Of a DNA stretch of 64,000 nucleotides, positions 1 to 16,279 are shown one piece after another. The position numbers and the translations under genes are program-made. The stretch lies in NCBI RefSeq assembly GCF_009914755.1, contig NC_060947.1. One strand, given 5' to 3'. The DNA is from the human T2T-CHM13v2.0 reference genome, Homo sapiens. The notes beneath the pieces are model-generated. The model ran no database searches. It was not told the DNA's origin and worked only from the letters and a program-made list of their open reading frames with translations. Each line of letters begins with the position of its first letter. Within the stretch, counting starts at the first letter, position 1.

Positions 1-249
1 TGAGTGAGACTCTATGGACACCTTCCATATATTCCCTCCATATCAGGAGTAAAGAAAGGTATGTCCCAATTTAAATGGGAATTTAGCACCTCTATTAAAT
101 TTTTCACACAGCTTCCATTCTGTATTTTTATGAACTATACCAAATCAAACATATTTATCTTTTTGTTCAGAGAAATGAACATGAACTCCTTATTTCTGTT
201 AAACCTGCTTTTCTTGCAGTCTTCACTGTGTCGAGGATGTCTATTCCAT

Positions 250-412
250 CCCACTAGTTACTCCTAGGGAAAATCTTGGGGTTTAACTCCTTCCTCTCAC
301 ACCTCACACCCTAACCATCAACAAATCCTCTTAGCTTTACCTCCACAGTATGTCCAGAATTCAGTCATTTCTCGTACCTCTCTTACAAGCACCCAGTTAA
401 AGCCACCATCTT
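250..412 (+). mobile_element. L2 LINE fragment
   Basis: Degenerate L2-like text (ccatcaacaaatcctcttagctttacctccac, aagccaccatc). Confidence 0.45.
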
Positions 413-877
<465 letters not shown>

Positions 878-1904
878 TTTAATTTTTATTTTAGTTCAGG
901 GATACATGTGCAGGTTTCTTATATAGATAAACTTGTGTCATGGGGGTTTGTTGTACAGATTGTTTTGTCACCCAGGTATTAAGCCCACTACCCATTAGTT
1001 ATTTTTTCTGATCCTCTCCCTGCTTCTATCCTCCACCCTCTGATAGGCCCCAGTGTGTGTTGTTCCCCTTTATGTGCTCATGGGTTCTCATCATTTAGCT
1101 CCCACTTATAAGTGAGAACATGTGGTATTTGGTTTTCTGTTCCTCTGTTAGTTTGCTAAGGATAATGGCCTCCAGCTCCATCCATGTTCCTGAAAAGGAC
1201 ATGATTTGTTCTTTTTTTATGGCTGCATAGTATTCCACGTTGTATAAGTACCACATTTTATTTATCCAGTCTACCATTGATGGGCATTTAGGTTGATTCC
1301 ACATCTTTGCTATTGTAAATAGTGCTGCAGTGAACATACACATACATATGTCTTTATGATAGAAGGATTTATATTCCCTTGGATATATACCCAGTAGTAG
1401 GATTGCTGGGTCAATTAGTAGTTCTGTTTTTAGTTCTTTGAGGAATCACCACACTGCTTTCCACAATGGATGAACTAATTTACACTCCTACCAACAGTAT
1501 ATAAGTGTTCCTTTTTCTCTGCAACCTTGCCAGCACCTGTTATTTTTAATAAATAACAGCACCTGTTGAGTTTTTAATAATAGCCATTCCGACTAGTGTG
1601 AGATCAGTTGCTTTTGGAATTTTCATCATGAAATCTTTGCCCGTTCCTCTGTCCAGAATGGTATTGCCTAGGTTGTCTTCCAGGAATTTATAGTTTGGGG
1701 TTTTACATTTAAGTCTTTAATCCATCTTGAGTTGATTTTTGTATATGGTGTAAGGAAGGGGTCCAGTTTCAGTCTTCTGCATATGGCTAGTCAGTTATCT
1801 TAGCACCATTTATTGAATAGAAAGTCCTTTTTTCCATTGCTTGTTTTCTTCAACTTTGTCGAATATCAGATAATTGTAGGAGTGCAGCTTTATTTCTGAG
1901 CTGG
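878..1904 (-). mobile_element. L1PA 3' fragment with internal deletion
   Basis: Antisense L1PA 3' UTR (tacatgtgcaggttt, tttagctcccacttataagtgagaacatg) and ORF2 C-terminus (ORF 1095-1343: MFTAALFTIAKMWNQPKCPSMVDWI); the match jumps near 1605. Confidence 0.95.
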
Positions 1905-2085
1905 TATTTATCTTTCTGTGCCTGGCTTATTTGACCTAGGATAATGTCCTCTAGATTCATCCATGTTGTTGCAAATGGCAGATTTTCATTCTTTTTTAAG
2001 GCTGGATAGTAGTAGTTCATTATGTATGTATACCACATTTGTTATTCATTCATCTGTTAATGGACGCTAATGTTGTTTCCAAATC
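1905..2085 (-). mobile_element. Old L1 (L1MA/L1MB type), right part
   Basis: tatttatctttctgtgcctggcttattt continues the element interrupted at 672; ORF 1850-2038 has L1 ORF2-like FATTWMNLEDIIL. Confidence 0.8.
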
Positions 2086-2139
2086 TTATCATGTCTCTCT
2101 CCATCTCCCTTAGATCAAAATTCAAATTCTGTGTAACAT

Positions 2140-2940
2140 ATAGAAAGACTTGCCCCCTTTACCTGACTGAGAGCATCACCTCTACTTCTCTCTTCCCCCT
2201 CTACACCAGCTATACCACCCACCTCACTGTGTTTCAATATACTATTGTTCTCCTGCTCAGAAGCTTTGAAATTGCTATTCCCTCTTTTTGAAATGTTCTT
2301 CTCCAAGGTATTCATTTTCAGAGTTTGCTCCCTCACTTTATTCAGTCTCATCAGAGAGGCCTTTCTTGACTATCCGAAACCAAATACCGCTGCCTCCCAC
2401 TTACCCCTCAGTCTCCTTATTACGCTTTGTCTGCATATCGCTTACCACCACCTGTTAAAAGATAAAGCTGAGCTCATTAAACATTTAAAGATTTTATTTG
2501 AGCAGACTGATTCATAAATTAGGCAGCACCAAATCACAAGCTGTATGGGCTCCACCAAGAAGGTGTGAGAGGAAAATTTTTGTAAGGTGTTCTAGGAAGC
2601 AAGACAAAGAAAATATTTGATTTATTGAAGTGGAAAGTCCCTAGTTAGAAATTAGTTGGCAGTTTCAGATTAAGTTAAATGTTTACACTGAATTGGGTTT
2701 TGGTTTGTCTACATAGGAACCCAGGGCACTGGAGCCATCTCAGCCTAGTGGCCTCCCAAATTATTTTTTTTCGACACACGTGACATACTATTTTATTTTC
2801 TGTCTTTATCCATTACAACGTAAGTTCCATGAGAGCAGGAATGTATCTGTTCCTTTTGTTGCCTTATCTTCAAAATGTAGAATAGTACACAATACTTAAT
2901 AGGACATTAATAAATACTTGTTGAACAAATGGAAGAATGA
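2140..2940 (+). mobile_element. L2 3' end interrupted by an LTR
   Basis: L2 tail motifs taagttccatgagagcagga and aataaatacttgttgaa. Confidence 0.65.
2453..2776 (-). mobile_element. ERV1 solo LTR (MER4 group, MER93-like)
   Basis: TG...CA ends (tgttaaaagataaag ... ttcgaca), 4-bp flanks cacc/cacg, MER4-group motifs ggttttggtttgtctacataggaacccagg. Confidence 0.65.
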
Positions 2941-4621
2941 CTAAATGTGATTGAAAGGCAGACTAGTAGTAAATTGGACTAGGTCAAATACATGTGCAGA
3001 CCAGTGTTCAATAGTATGTAGCATAGTTTATATTTACACATATTCAATATTTAGCCTTTCAAAATGTTTTCCAGTTACCTAAATATAAGTATTTAGCATT
3101 ATAGGTGGAAATCTGTCAAATTATTTTAACTCATACCACATTTGAGAAACTGTGTGGAACCTTTACTATTCCTCAGTTTTGTTTTTCTATAAATATAATA
3201 TATATTTCCTTTTCCTACTGAATGTTCCCCTCAGTGCAATTTTTTTCCAGCTATTTTACTTGTAGTTTTGATGTCTTGCTTTGTTTTTACCTATGAAGTC
3301 TAATGAAAGTCCAGATAAGAGCCTATAATTCTATCCATATAATTCAGTAACTTCCAGAACATGTTTTATCTGTCAGACTATGGTTCACATTATCGTAGGT
3401 GTAATGCAAAGTTTAGAGCTGAAAATGTAGCCACGTTCCTAATTCTTGCTCTAGTTATCAATGTCAAATGCACTATCAATAGGACTTGAAAAACATACTC
3501 AGTAATATTGGATGGGTACTGACATTCTCTCAAATTATAGTATTGAGTGCGCTATACTAAAAATAGTAAAAATAACATGGCTTAGACAAGTGAGAAAACA
3601 AAGCTATGTCCTACTTTATTTTGAGAAGCAAAATACAATTTTCCTGTTTGTTTTTTCTTTTTCTCAAAACAACTAAAATTTGTAGGAGGATAATGTTTAA
3701 AATTTGTTCACATGGTTAAAATTAGAAAAATAAATAAACTGACATGAAACATACATTAAATTTAAAGATTCATTGTTTTGTATAAACACAGTGTATAGCT
3801 TATAAGTCATTATGCTATTAGATTGACTTTTTAACTTACGAGAAATTGGCATTCTAATTTAGATGCATGTATATGACTTCCCATGTCTATTTTAGGATAG
3901 ATTTAATCATAAAATGATTTACCTTGGGCAAATTACAATAAACTCACTTGAGTAATTAATCGAGGTGTTTCAAGGAGTTAATTTAGTTCACGTAAATAAG
4001 AACGTTGTTTCAAGGAATCATTTACCACTCTGTATTGCCATTTGGCCTAGACTTTTTCCATTTTACATCCAGAAGACAAACTGTTGATAAACTATTTGTT
4101 ATTTTTTTGCTAAAAATTGATACCTTTAGTATAGATAGTACTGTATCAGAAACCATAGAAACTGATGCTTTAATATGGACATGAACTCATTAGACATAGA
4201 ATTTTGGTCAGTCTCTAGTTAGAATCATTGCTTCTATTTATTTTCAAGTTTGTACCTGAGGATAATTAATATTATTGAAAATGGGTTAATTTGCAACTGA
4301 CCTTGAATCACAAAGTGGTAGGAAAGGAGATCTCTTGTTTTATTTATTTATTTATTAACAATAAGGATTTGGGCATTGTCATATGCATTCTTCTGTAGCT
4401 TACAATTACCACAACACTTCACATCAATAATATACTGGTGCTGATTTAGTTTAAATCTTTCATATACGTGTTTATTGTAAATTTCTTTGAGTAATGCTGG
4501 GCACTGATATTAACAGAGGATTAACTTTATGGCACATTTTAATAGAATGCACAATATTACTTCCACCAAATTTTCTTCTTTTCTTTGTGAACTGTTATTC
4601 ATTTTCAGACATGAAGAAAGT

Positions 4622-4778
4622 ATTTCTTTATCTTATTTTATTTTATGTTCCAGGGTATATGTGTAGGATGTGCAGGTTTGTTCCATAGGTAAACATGTGC
4701 CATGCTGGTTTGCTCTACCTATCGACCTATCCCCTAGGTCTTAAACCCATCATGCATTAACTATTTTTCCTGATGCTC
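4622..4778 (-). mobile_element. Short 5'-truncated L1PA 3' end
   Basis: gttccagggtatatgtgtaggatgtgcaggtttgttccataggtaaacatgtgccatg; flanked by atttctt on both sides. Confidence 0.9.
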
Positions 4779-5331
4779 ATTTCTTAGTAGACATGGCACT
4801 TCAACCATTCTGAAGCTTAAAAATTATTTGTTATTTTAAGCCCGTAAGAGCATTTTAAAATCTGATACATCTGAGCAGAAACTTTTGGTTTTTAGTTTTT
4901 TTATAAATTAAATGAAATTAACACATTAACTATTTCAAGCAAATAAGATCCACTTACATAAATGACCATGTTAGTTTGAGAAGTTATAGCTTACTGATCT
5001 GAAAACATTAATTGAACCTCCAAAATTATACCCGTGGGGTAATTTCTATCCTCGCAGCGGTGTGCACTTTAGGACAATTAAAGTGCCAAAGGAATCTCAT
5101 TTTATTTCTTGGTTATTATGTCTAGGTAAACTGATGGCTCATTTTTAAGATCTGTTTAGTATCCAATGATTAAAATAAAAATGATGACCTCATCATGATA
5201 TTCACACAGCACATTTATCCATTTCTCTTTTGATTTATAGCTTATTTTTACCTAATGCAGTTTACTCAAGTCTCCTGGGCTTATACATTTTTTAGTCTTT
5301 GATAATCTATACTAATGGACCACAAGGGTAG

Positions 5332-5730
<399 letters not shown>

Positions 5731-6091
5731 TAGCCTACTTTTATGACTGATTCACATTTATTAAATAGCTCCTAGCTGGATGGATCATTCAGAATGGCAT
5801 AGATCTGAGTAGAGACTTGGAGACTATTAGCAGAGCTAGCTTCTAGGAATAGAAGTAGAAGTCAAATATTTAAAATAATCACCGTGAATCAACATTTGGT
5901 ATTACCTGATCATTCTCAAAACCCTGTTCCCTATTTAAGCTTTGATAGAATTATATGTTAAATATTCAGATACGTTATGTAAATGACGACCAGGACTTAG
6001 AAGTTGTTTATTATTACCTTCCTTTATGTGGCTACTAAGTATTTCTGTCCATGAAAAATGACTGAAATCATAATGTTAAAAATAGGAAAGA

Positions 6092-6403
<312 letters not shown>

Positions 6404-9365
6404 TTACACCCATTCCCAGGTAAAATGTCACATCTCTGTTTGAAATGCTCATTTGCATGAATACATTATGAATTGCAGTTCCAATATATACATTTCTGAA
6501 TATGGAAACCTCAATAATATTTTCTCTTTGTGTTTTATATTTAGTACTAAAAAAGTGATTTGTGGCTAATATAACATTCAATTAAAATTAACATTTATCC
6601 TAGGGGCATTCCAGGTACTACAGTCTGTCTCATTCATTAGAGCATTTTGTACTTATCTGCAGAGCATCTCTCCTCAGAAGAGAATCTGCTGAATTTTTGC
6701 ATCTTATCCAGCATCAATCACTTTGATTAGGATCTCACTCCATGAACCAGGCAGCTTCTCTTCCACAGCAGTTCCATATGTCTCCTACAGCTGTTCTACT
6801 TTCTAAGTGGAACGTGACTCTCTTCAGCTCATAGTTTGTGTCCCCATCAAAAAAGACTGTCAATAGCTCCTTTATTCTTTTGATTTGCTGTACTCTCTTA
6901 TGGCTTGGAATATGACTTATAGTCAGTATTGAATTAGGATATGTTCGATTAAGAGAAATTGTGTCCATGAATGTTTTGATAAGTGAAATATTTACATCAA
7001 AGCTCATGCTAAGAAACTATTTGAAGAGCAAAGACAGAGCAGAAACTTTGCTTGTGAAGGAATTTCTCCAGGGAAATTTTCACCGTGCAACTCGGTGGTG
7101 GAAGGCTGCCATAATTTTGGTTTATGTTAATAGAGGTTAAGTTGATTTTTATTATTTTCTTTGGTTGGTTTATAATCAGCAAATTTTATCTTGGAAAGTA
7201 GATTTTTTTTTGCCCAGGTACTATGTTTGTGTGTTAGACTATGGAAAGCCAGAACAACTATTATACATTGACTGCAAAGATAACAGAATTTTGTGTGTGT
7301 GTTTGAAACTTCCTTTCAACCTCAACACCCGAAATGTTTGCTGCAATACCTTTTCTATATGAAAACCATAGAATAAATAGAATGGAAGTAAAACTAATTC
7401 AGAATAAGAGAAACTATCATTTCTACAAATGGCAACCTCATTTATTTACACCTAAAACTATAGTTTTCATAGGGCTTAATGTGAAAAGATAAAAGAAGTG
7501 AAAAGGTCCTTGAGAAAATAATAGAGTATTACCTGAAGCTTGCTGAGCAAACATTTTTGGGGAATGACAAAAAAAGCTTTTGAACATGAACTTCTGGGAT
7601 TTCAACTGAAGGATCAAGCATGAAGAAACTTGATTATCCTGATTAAAGAATAATGCTGGGAAGTCTTTGCATAATTTGATAATATTTTTAGTATGAGCTG
7701 ATGTCTTTAACCAAAATAGCTACCAAAATTTTAGAAAACACTATCACACCATGCATGTTGTGAATGAAATTTTTATTTACTCACTTGTTGATTTGGGAGA
7801 GCTATATGAACAATTATTATCACCAATAGTATTCATGGTCTTTTTTAAAAAAAGACTAACAGGTCAAAGAAAAGGGGTTTAATGGATTCCCAATTTTAGT
7901 ATGTTGTACCCTTGAGTATCAGATGTCTCTGTTCTTAGCAACTTTCCTTGCTTGTGGAAATCTAGAAATGGTTTACTCAATGTCAGTTGATCATGTTGTT
8001 TTATCTGAAAGGCAAAAACACTAGGATACTTTCAACTTCCCATAGAGAATTACACATTCAAACTAAAGTCTAGTTGTTCAAATGGAAAAATCGAGAGGCA
8101 GACAAATTAATGTAATTATAGACTTGGTAGGGTGTTGCAAATGAATAAGAAACTGGCAATTTGAGTAGTTAAGAACCATTGTATATTTTATTATAGCTGT
8201 AATGTTTTGAGTTCATAAAGCCATATTGAAGTAGGAATACACACATACACTCATTTTTAGTAAGCACAATAGAAGTAAGTCATTTCATTATCATTTTAGG
8301 GCTGATTCTTACACTTTTTAGCCCACAATTCCGTAAGTTGTCTAATTCGACTGATACAGACCAGTTCTAGCTACCAAAATATTATGTGCACAAAACTCCC
8401 TTTCATTCTATTTTTCTGATCACAATATCCATGCCCACAATATAGCTAATTAGTTAAGTGTGGGAGGAAGGCTTTTGTTAGAATTCTTACTCCAATGGAT
8501 TAATCATTGGAAATCCTCAAATTGCCTGAAGTTGTTAGCATATTTTAAAATCACCAGATAAATACCTAACTAGAACATCAGATAATACATGACAATTAGA
8601 ATTATTCTAGCGAGCTGTGGTCACATCTGAAAGTTACCATATTCTTGCTCCTCAAACACCTTAAATTTAAACTCTGATGAAATCCATCTGTACCTTCTCT
8701 AATATCTCCCCAGATAGTCATGAGGAGTAAATAACATACTACAAAATGTTAAAATATTTCAAATACAAAGTTCTATAGAAATGTTACACAGTGCTATTAT
8801 CACTATTTCTCAATTAAATGTACATTTTAATATTAAATGTTACTGCTAAAATTATTTTGATAGTAGTTATTTATAAACATTCACTATTAGTAATAGCCAA
8901 CTATTATGTATGGTTACTTTCACTTAGGATGAAATAAAAAATATTGGCTTATTTATATATTTCAGAGTATGTTCTAGATTCCTATAATGGGGTTCTAATG
9001 GGGCTAAATATGTCAAATTCTTATAATATATATTAAATGTGTGACTACAGCAGTGCCTTTTAATGTGGGTCTTCTTTTAGTATCTGAAGAAAGCTAACCA
9101 AATTTTCCATTGTAACCACCAATACCATATTTTTAATATTAGAATATAATACTTAACAAATACAATAGTTAAATGTTTATTTAATACTAACTAAACATTG
9201 AACAATAATTCTTAAAGAGATTCACAAACTATAAAACACTATACCAGACTATAAGGTGCTTTTACTAATCAATTTGGAAACCATAACACCTGTCTGATGA
9301 GCATGCTTATTTTAAAATGAACAGATGCAGGGTGTGATAATATACCAGATTAAAGTTATGAGTGA

Positions 9366-9836
<471 letters not shown>

Positions 9837-11214
9837 TAGTTGTTCTTTAGTTGTCATTTCAAAACCAAAGCTAAACTGTTTACAAGGAAATAAAAACTTA
9901 ACCTGTGCACAAATTTAGCATTATGGATTTACATACTACCAAGTACTAGAACTTTTTCAGTCTCAAAAACTAAGCCCTTTTGAAATTTAGCTATTTAATA
10001 TCAGGAATTCTGAAAACAAGGGATATGGGATGTAAGGAGAAAATTATTCCTATTCTATAGACTTTGTTATGTATGTTTTAAAATGTAATTAATATCAACG
10101 TAATATTGTATCTTTCAGACACTGACTTCCATTTCCTGATTGGTTATAGGTAATTTGAAGATTTTTCACTATACCAGTAGAGATACAAAGTAAAACACAG
10201 GTATAGTCTCCTAGAAAATTAAATAAAATAACCCTTGAGTAGACTTGTAAGGTGACATAGAACCAGATATGCCTGTCTTCTGTTTTGCTAAAAAGACCTT
10301 GTTTCCAAGTGTTATTGAAAAGTGTCATAATGAAATCAGAATTTAATGTTATTTGCCCTGGCAAAATCATGTGTAATGGTAATCATAAATCAGTTAAGGA
10401 GTAATACAAGATGTTATGCAAATAAGCACTAAAGTTTCACACCAGGTAAATGGCTGCCTTCGTGAGTCAGTGGTGAAATGGTAAGGTTCTAGAATATGGA
10501 TATTGCAATGGACATTAAAAGCAAAATGCGTAGAGACATTTTCTTAAAGTAGTAATTAATGGTACATGGAGGTGTGCTTAATGTGAAGGAATAATAAAAG
10601 CAATAAAATTTCAAACAATAAGCATTCATACTGATTTGATTTGTGCTTGTATAATTCTCTTTACAACTCTATCATATATGTTCATCTATTTATTACATTT
10701 TGGATGTTACTGCATTCTTGTCTTAGTTTATTAAGCTTCCCTTTTAATATTTGCCTTTATTTTACCCTCTTCTCATATTATGATTTCCTTGATCCTAGCT
10801 TCTTTTTTCAAGTCCATGCATCTTAGTATTTCATGGCTGGCATCAGGAAGTTTTCTAAAATTTTGTCTGGTTTTCATGGAAAAAATTGCAAAGTCTCATT
10901 TATTTTCTAAGCTTCAAGACAAGTGTATCCATATGGATTCAGAAAATTTCTATAGGCAACTTCTATTGTTCTTTTCACTGAGCCTTAAATTAGAAGAGCT
11001 GTATGTAGACTTAGTGTTAAGTACAATTATTGATGTACTGACCTTCTTCTCTTATTTTTCTTCATAAGTGGAGATTGATATACATAATCTATACCTATTC
11101 CCAGTACCGACTTAGCCTTTACCCAGCACTGCTTTCCTGATGGATGTGGAGTTTTCTCCAAATAAAACTACCATATCTTGTAACCATATTAAAAAGTAGA
11201 AGCATTCTGTATTT

Positions 11215-11340
11215 ATATTTTAACTTAAATATTTATTATAAAAAATTCTAAATATATACAAAATAGAGAATGATAAGTGAAGATTCATCTACCTATTAGC
11301 AAATTTCAATAATTATAAGCATTTTACCAACCTTTGTACC
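11215..11340 (-). mobile_element. L1ME-type 3' end fragment
   Basis: tttattataaaaaattctaaatatatacaaaatagagaatgataagtgaag and ttcaataattataagcattttaccaacct. Confidence 0.45.
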
Positions 11341-12494
11341 TATTTTCTATGTAGGTGTAATACATGGAAGTCTATATCCTCACTATGCACTGTTGTAGAC
11401 TCTTCTCTTAACACTTCTGCTTTTCCTGAAGTGCCTAGCTATCTGAGCATACAATAGGGCTACCAATCCATTTTTGTTCTCCAACTATATTTTTATCTGT
11501 GATTTATAATATCTGAATGAAAGCAGGAAGAGACAAGATAGAAAGGAGGAAAAGGAAAAAATAAAAACTATAAATAAGAGTGTAGTAGTTTAAAGGAACC
11601 AGGGAAGTAAATGCCTGATTTGTGGTTAGTGCAGTGCTGTATACTAGAGTGAAGAAACCTTACACTCTTGACAATATCCTGGTAATTCCTGTTGAGAGGG
11701 CAAAACACGCGTAGTCCAGAACTGCATTTCTTTAACTGAATCATCCCCAAAAACTTAAGGTCGTGGAAATTCTCTCTAAATTTTGGTGTCTGGTTCTGAC
11801 ATATTTTTAAAATTCAGTGCTTCCCCAACACCTGTAATATGTATATTTTAACAGGTAGTTGGACATGGTATTTCAGGCTTTCCTATTTTTTTCCTATGTA
11901 AATATGAAAGTTACTCTATGGGCCTATTTCCCTGAAATGTTGGACCCACTAACACAATCAGACTTTCTACAAACTGCCACACTGATTCTTTGCCTTCAGG
12001 TACACCTATAGAAAGATGAGTGTGTGGGGATGGCATAGACCCAACCAGCAGCAAGAGGGAGTCATTATTTCCTACCCAAGAGTAGGGCAGAGAGAAAGAA
12101 GACACATTTGCTCAGCCATTAAGCATAAACCAATGAATGCCAGACTCTTTATGATCTTGCCAGTCAGGATTGATCCATCCTTTCATTTAGAGGAGGATTG
12201 AGCAAGAGGTGGAAACACACGCTAGACATATTTTTCTAGTATAGGTCATTACAAGGAAATACCAAGATGAAGAAGACAGTTCTTCCTAACAACCTCTGCC
12301 ATGAAATAATTACTGACCAAATATATTTGGGAATATGATTATGCTGAAAGGGCCACATGAAGTCCTTGTTTTTTTATTATTTACAGATTTGACTATTTTT
12401 TTTTTCTATTCTAATACTGTGCTTCCTGATGCTCTATTATAAAGAACAGAGGGGATTGGGAAGCTGGGGTTCAAGCCAAAGAATAAATCCATGA

Positions 12495-12879
<385 letters not shown>

Positions 12880-12889
12880 GAGAACAAAT

Positions 12890-15186
12890 AAATATTTATA
12901 GAGTTTGGTGTAGTAATATTTTTACTTACTCTTTCTTATTCTCTTTATTATTTGCTCCTGAGGATATGAGTTACCATCTAACTAGCATCATTTCCTTAAG
13001 CCAATATATCTTTGTTCCCTTCCACCTCATTTGTTTTGTTGTTGTCAAAAATGTTATGTAATACATAAGTTATAGGTCCCAAAATAAAGTTATATACATG
13101 TTGTTTTATACAGTTGACTTTGAAATCAGGTGAAGGAAATTGCCTTTATACTTTTTTTTTTTTAATATTTACATAATTACCTTTACTCCTTGTTTTTCTG
13201 CAAGGATTTTGCTTATGGTTACTTTCAGTTTTTGTTTGTGTGGGGATGTCTTTACTTCATCTTCATTTTTAAAAGATAACTTTACTACATATAAGATTCT
13301 TGGTTGATGATTTTGTTTCTTTCAGTACTTTGAGTATGCTATCCCACTGTGATCACCATTGTTTCTGCTGAGAAGTGAGCTGTTGGTAGTTCCCTTAAAG
13401 TTATTGAAGTTCCCTTGTAACTGATAAATTGTTTTTCTCTTGTTGAGTTAAAGATTTTCTCTTTGTATTTGGCTCTTAGCATTTTTCCTACAATGTGTTA
13501 GGATGTGGATCTCTTTGTGTTTATTATACTTGTAGTTTGTTGAGCTTCTTGGTTGTGTAGATTATTTTTCATCAAATTTGAAAAGCTTTCAGCCGTATTT
13601 TTATGTTTCTCTTCACTTTCTGTCCTTCTGTTCTGATATGCTCATTACGTGCATGTTGTGTGCTTAATGGTTGCCCAACTTTCTGTGAGGCTCTGTTAAG
13701 TTTTTCCATTCTTTTTCCTCTCTGTTCTTCTGATTGCATAATTTCTATTGATTTATTTCAGGTTTGCTGATTCTTTCTTCTGTCATTTCAAACCTACTCT
13801 TGAGCCCTTCTAGCAAATTGTTATTTCAGCTATTATAATTTTTAACTCCAGAATTTCATTTGGTTCTTTTAAATAATTTCTGCTTCTTCATCAAAAACTC
13901 CATTTGATATAGCATTGCCATCATAATTTCCTTTACTTCTTTAAATATGGTCTCCTTTATTATTTTGAACATGCTTATATGGCTGCTTTGGATTATTTGT
14001 ATTAATATATTAAACCTGACATTTGGCCTCTTTCACAGTCAATTTATGTTGCTTGGTTTGTTTCCCGTATATGGGGAACACTTTTTTCTTTCTTTGTGTG
14101 TCTTTTTTCTTATTGAAAAATGGACATTTTAGATACTTTATTATAGCAACTGTGGATACTGATATCCCCTAATCTGGAGATTGCTTTTGTTGTTGTTTGC
14201 TTGTTCATTTATTCTGTTACATAACTGGACTATTTTAGTTAAATGTATTTTCCTGACAGTATGAAGCTTGCAATGTCCTTCCTCAGAGGAGGCAAATTTG
14301 GGCATGTGCATAGTCACTCTGGGATGACAGTGGTTTTAGGAAGATTCTCTTTGACTGTATCTTTCCCTGATCTCTCTGTTAAGCTGTCTTCCTCTGCTGG
14401 TATTAGACCAAGTTTTTGTACTACATTATTTGCCTGCTTATTGTTTTGGATAATACGTTGGGGTATAAATTGCTCCACATTCTGATCCAGTTAAACTCAA
14501 GCCCCTTTGGAAGCCAATTTTGCTCCAAAGTTCAGGGCAAGGCCACTGGCCTACTTCTCTTGAAGTGACACCTGTGCTTTATGAGCAGGGTGTTGAATAG
14601 AGTCTGTAGCCTCTGGCCTTCTCAGCTTATCTCCCTCAGCATAGAACCTCTGCCCTAGGAACAAGATAAGGTGAGGGCAGTAGAAGTGGGAGGAGCACCT
14701 CCAGTATTCTCAGCATGCCTCACAGGAGCTGAAGCCCCTGCCCTATGTGCAGGAATTGGGTGGAGGAGGGGAGCTCCAATTCTCTCAAATGCACTCACTA
14801 GAAATTTAGCCTCTGTAACATAGAGCTTCAGGGCATGACAAATGCTGGTAGCCTGCTGCTCTTCAGGGAGAGAGTCGTCTTTGTCTGGGAGCTGGGGAGA
14901 GTGTTAAGTCCCACTTTTTTGGCCACACCTGTCCAGATTGGAGCTTCCATTCTGCGGTGCAGAGTGGGGAGGAAGGATGTAGACCATGTGTAAACGCCAC
15001 AGACTCTCCTTGTTCTTACTGAGATTTGGTAGAGTTTCTTCATTTGCTGCTTGCCCTTAGGGAACCTTATGGAGACTTGAAATGGTTGTTATTGTTTGTT
15101 TGTTTGTTTTTAATAATTGTCAGTAATTATTGTTGTTTCCTTGGGAGTTGGACTACAGAGCTCATCATACTGCTGTTCTGGAAGTG
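12890..15186 (-). mobile_element. Ancient L1M (L1MC/L1MD type) 5' UTR, ORF1 and inter-ORF remnant
   Basis: Antisense ORF1 motifs (ttcatttttaaaagataac, ctgagaagtgagctg, ttcatcaaatttgaaaagctttcagcc); 5' terminus reads cacttccagaacagcagtatgatgagctc on the minus strand. Confidence 0.8.
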
Positions 15187-15624
15187 AAAGTCCTCCATGC
15201 TGTATTTTAAAGGCCTTCTGGGATCCCTGTTGCATAAAGATTAAATTAAGTGTTAAATGCCACTGTACGTTTCATGATACTAGCAAGAAAAATAAAACAG
15301 GATTTTCCAAATATCCTTGATTCAGACTGAGAAATAGCAAACTCTCAAAACAAAACATTAATGTGTTGGTGAAATGTGCAAAATGCTAGCTTCTCAATCA
15401 TCTTTGGATGCGGAATTGCTTAAGCGAAATGAAGAAAAATATTCCCTCATTGTTAAGCTACAACTGTTTCATCATTGGAGTGTTCCACGAAACAGCCTAT
15501 TTCATACCAGTTAAGGGCCTAGCTAGAATTTCAAATGAATGCAAATAAGAACGTTTGTAATGCAAGTTGCAAGGTGGGAGGAACAACTGTTTATGTAATT
15601 TTCCTCTCTTTTCAACTTTCACAG

Positions 15625-15840
15625 AGCATTGCATAATGTTAGAATCAGACTGCTTGTATTTTAATCCTGGCTTCATCACTAAGAGATGTAGGCTTTTGAC
15701 CAGTTAATCTAGGTTTCAGTTTCCCATTAAAAAATAGAAGTAGTACAGGACCTACTTGTAGGTTTATTATAAGGAGCATAAATAATTGATCACTTGGGTA
15801 AAGTGTTAAGCAATTCCCCAATGTATAAATAATAAATTTA
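15625..15840 (+). mobile_element. MIR
   Basis: gaatcagactgcttgtattttaatcctggct and tcagtttcccattaaaaaatag core. Confidence 0.7.
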
Positions 15841-16279
15841 AGATGGTAATAAAATTAAAAAATCACAAAAGCATTAAATAAATATTATCTCTTTAGCAGC
15901 TTGGCATAATCAGTAGAAATTTGAGTTCTACAAAACTTATTGCTGAATGAGGTATAGATTTGGATATTAGACAAGAATTTTTTAATGGTCCTTATATTCA
16001 TTGGTTTTAATTTAGTGGGTTTCCTTAAGCTTAATGTATCTCTAGTATGATCATCTCCACAAGAATAGATAATACTTTTTATTAAATGCTAGCTTAGTCC
16101 ACAAAACTTTGTTTTATTAAAGTAGATAAATTAAGCAATGAAACTATTGATACAAGATGTCTTTATATCTTTCACTCCAATCAGTTACATAGCTTTAAAA
16201 CTCAGAATTATTTTTGTGTACATCCACTGTGTAGTACCTGAAGTGAGATGAACTTTTATGCTATGCTTTTTTTCTATTT

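Noticed and set aside
5064-5086. Hairpin gcacttta-ggacaat-taaagtgc containing an AAAGUGC miRNA-seed-like motif
   Set aside because: The stem is only 8 bp and does not extend, far too short for a pre-miRNA.
6408-6546. Minus-strand AG...GTAAGT pair with an open frame (TKYKTQRENIIEVSIFRN...)
   Set aside because: Short pyrimidine tract, unrecognised peptide, no partner exons, and opposite to the inferred host strand.
6735-7007. 90-aa minus-strand ORF in apparently unique sequence
   Set aside because: No recognisable homology or promoter context; ORFs of this length occur by chance in 64 kb.
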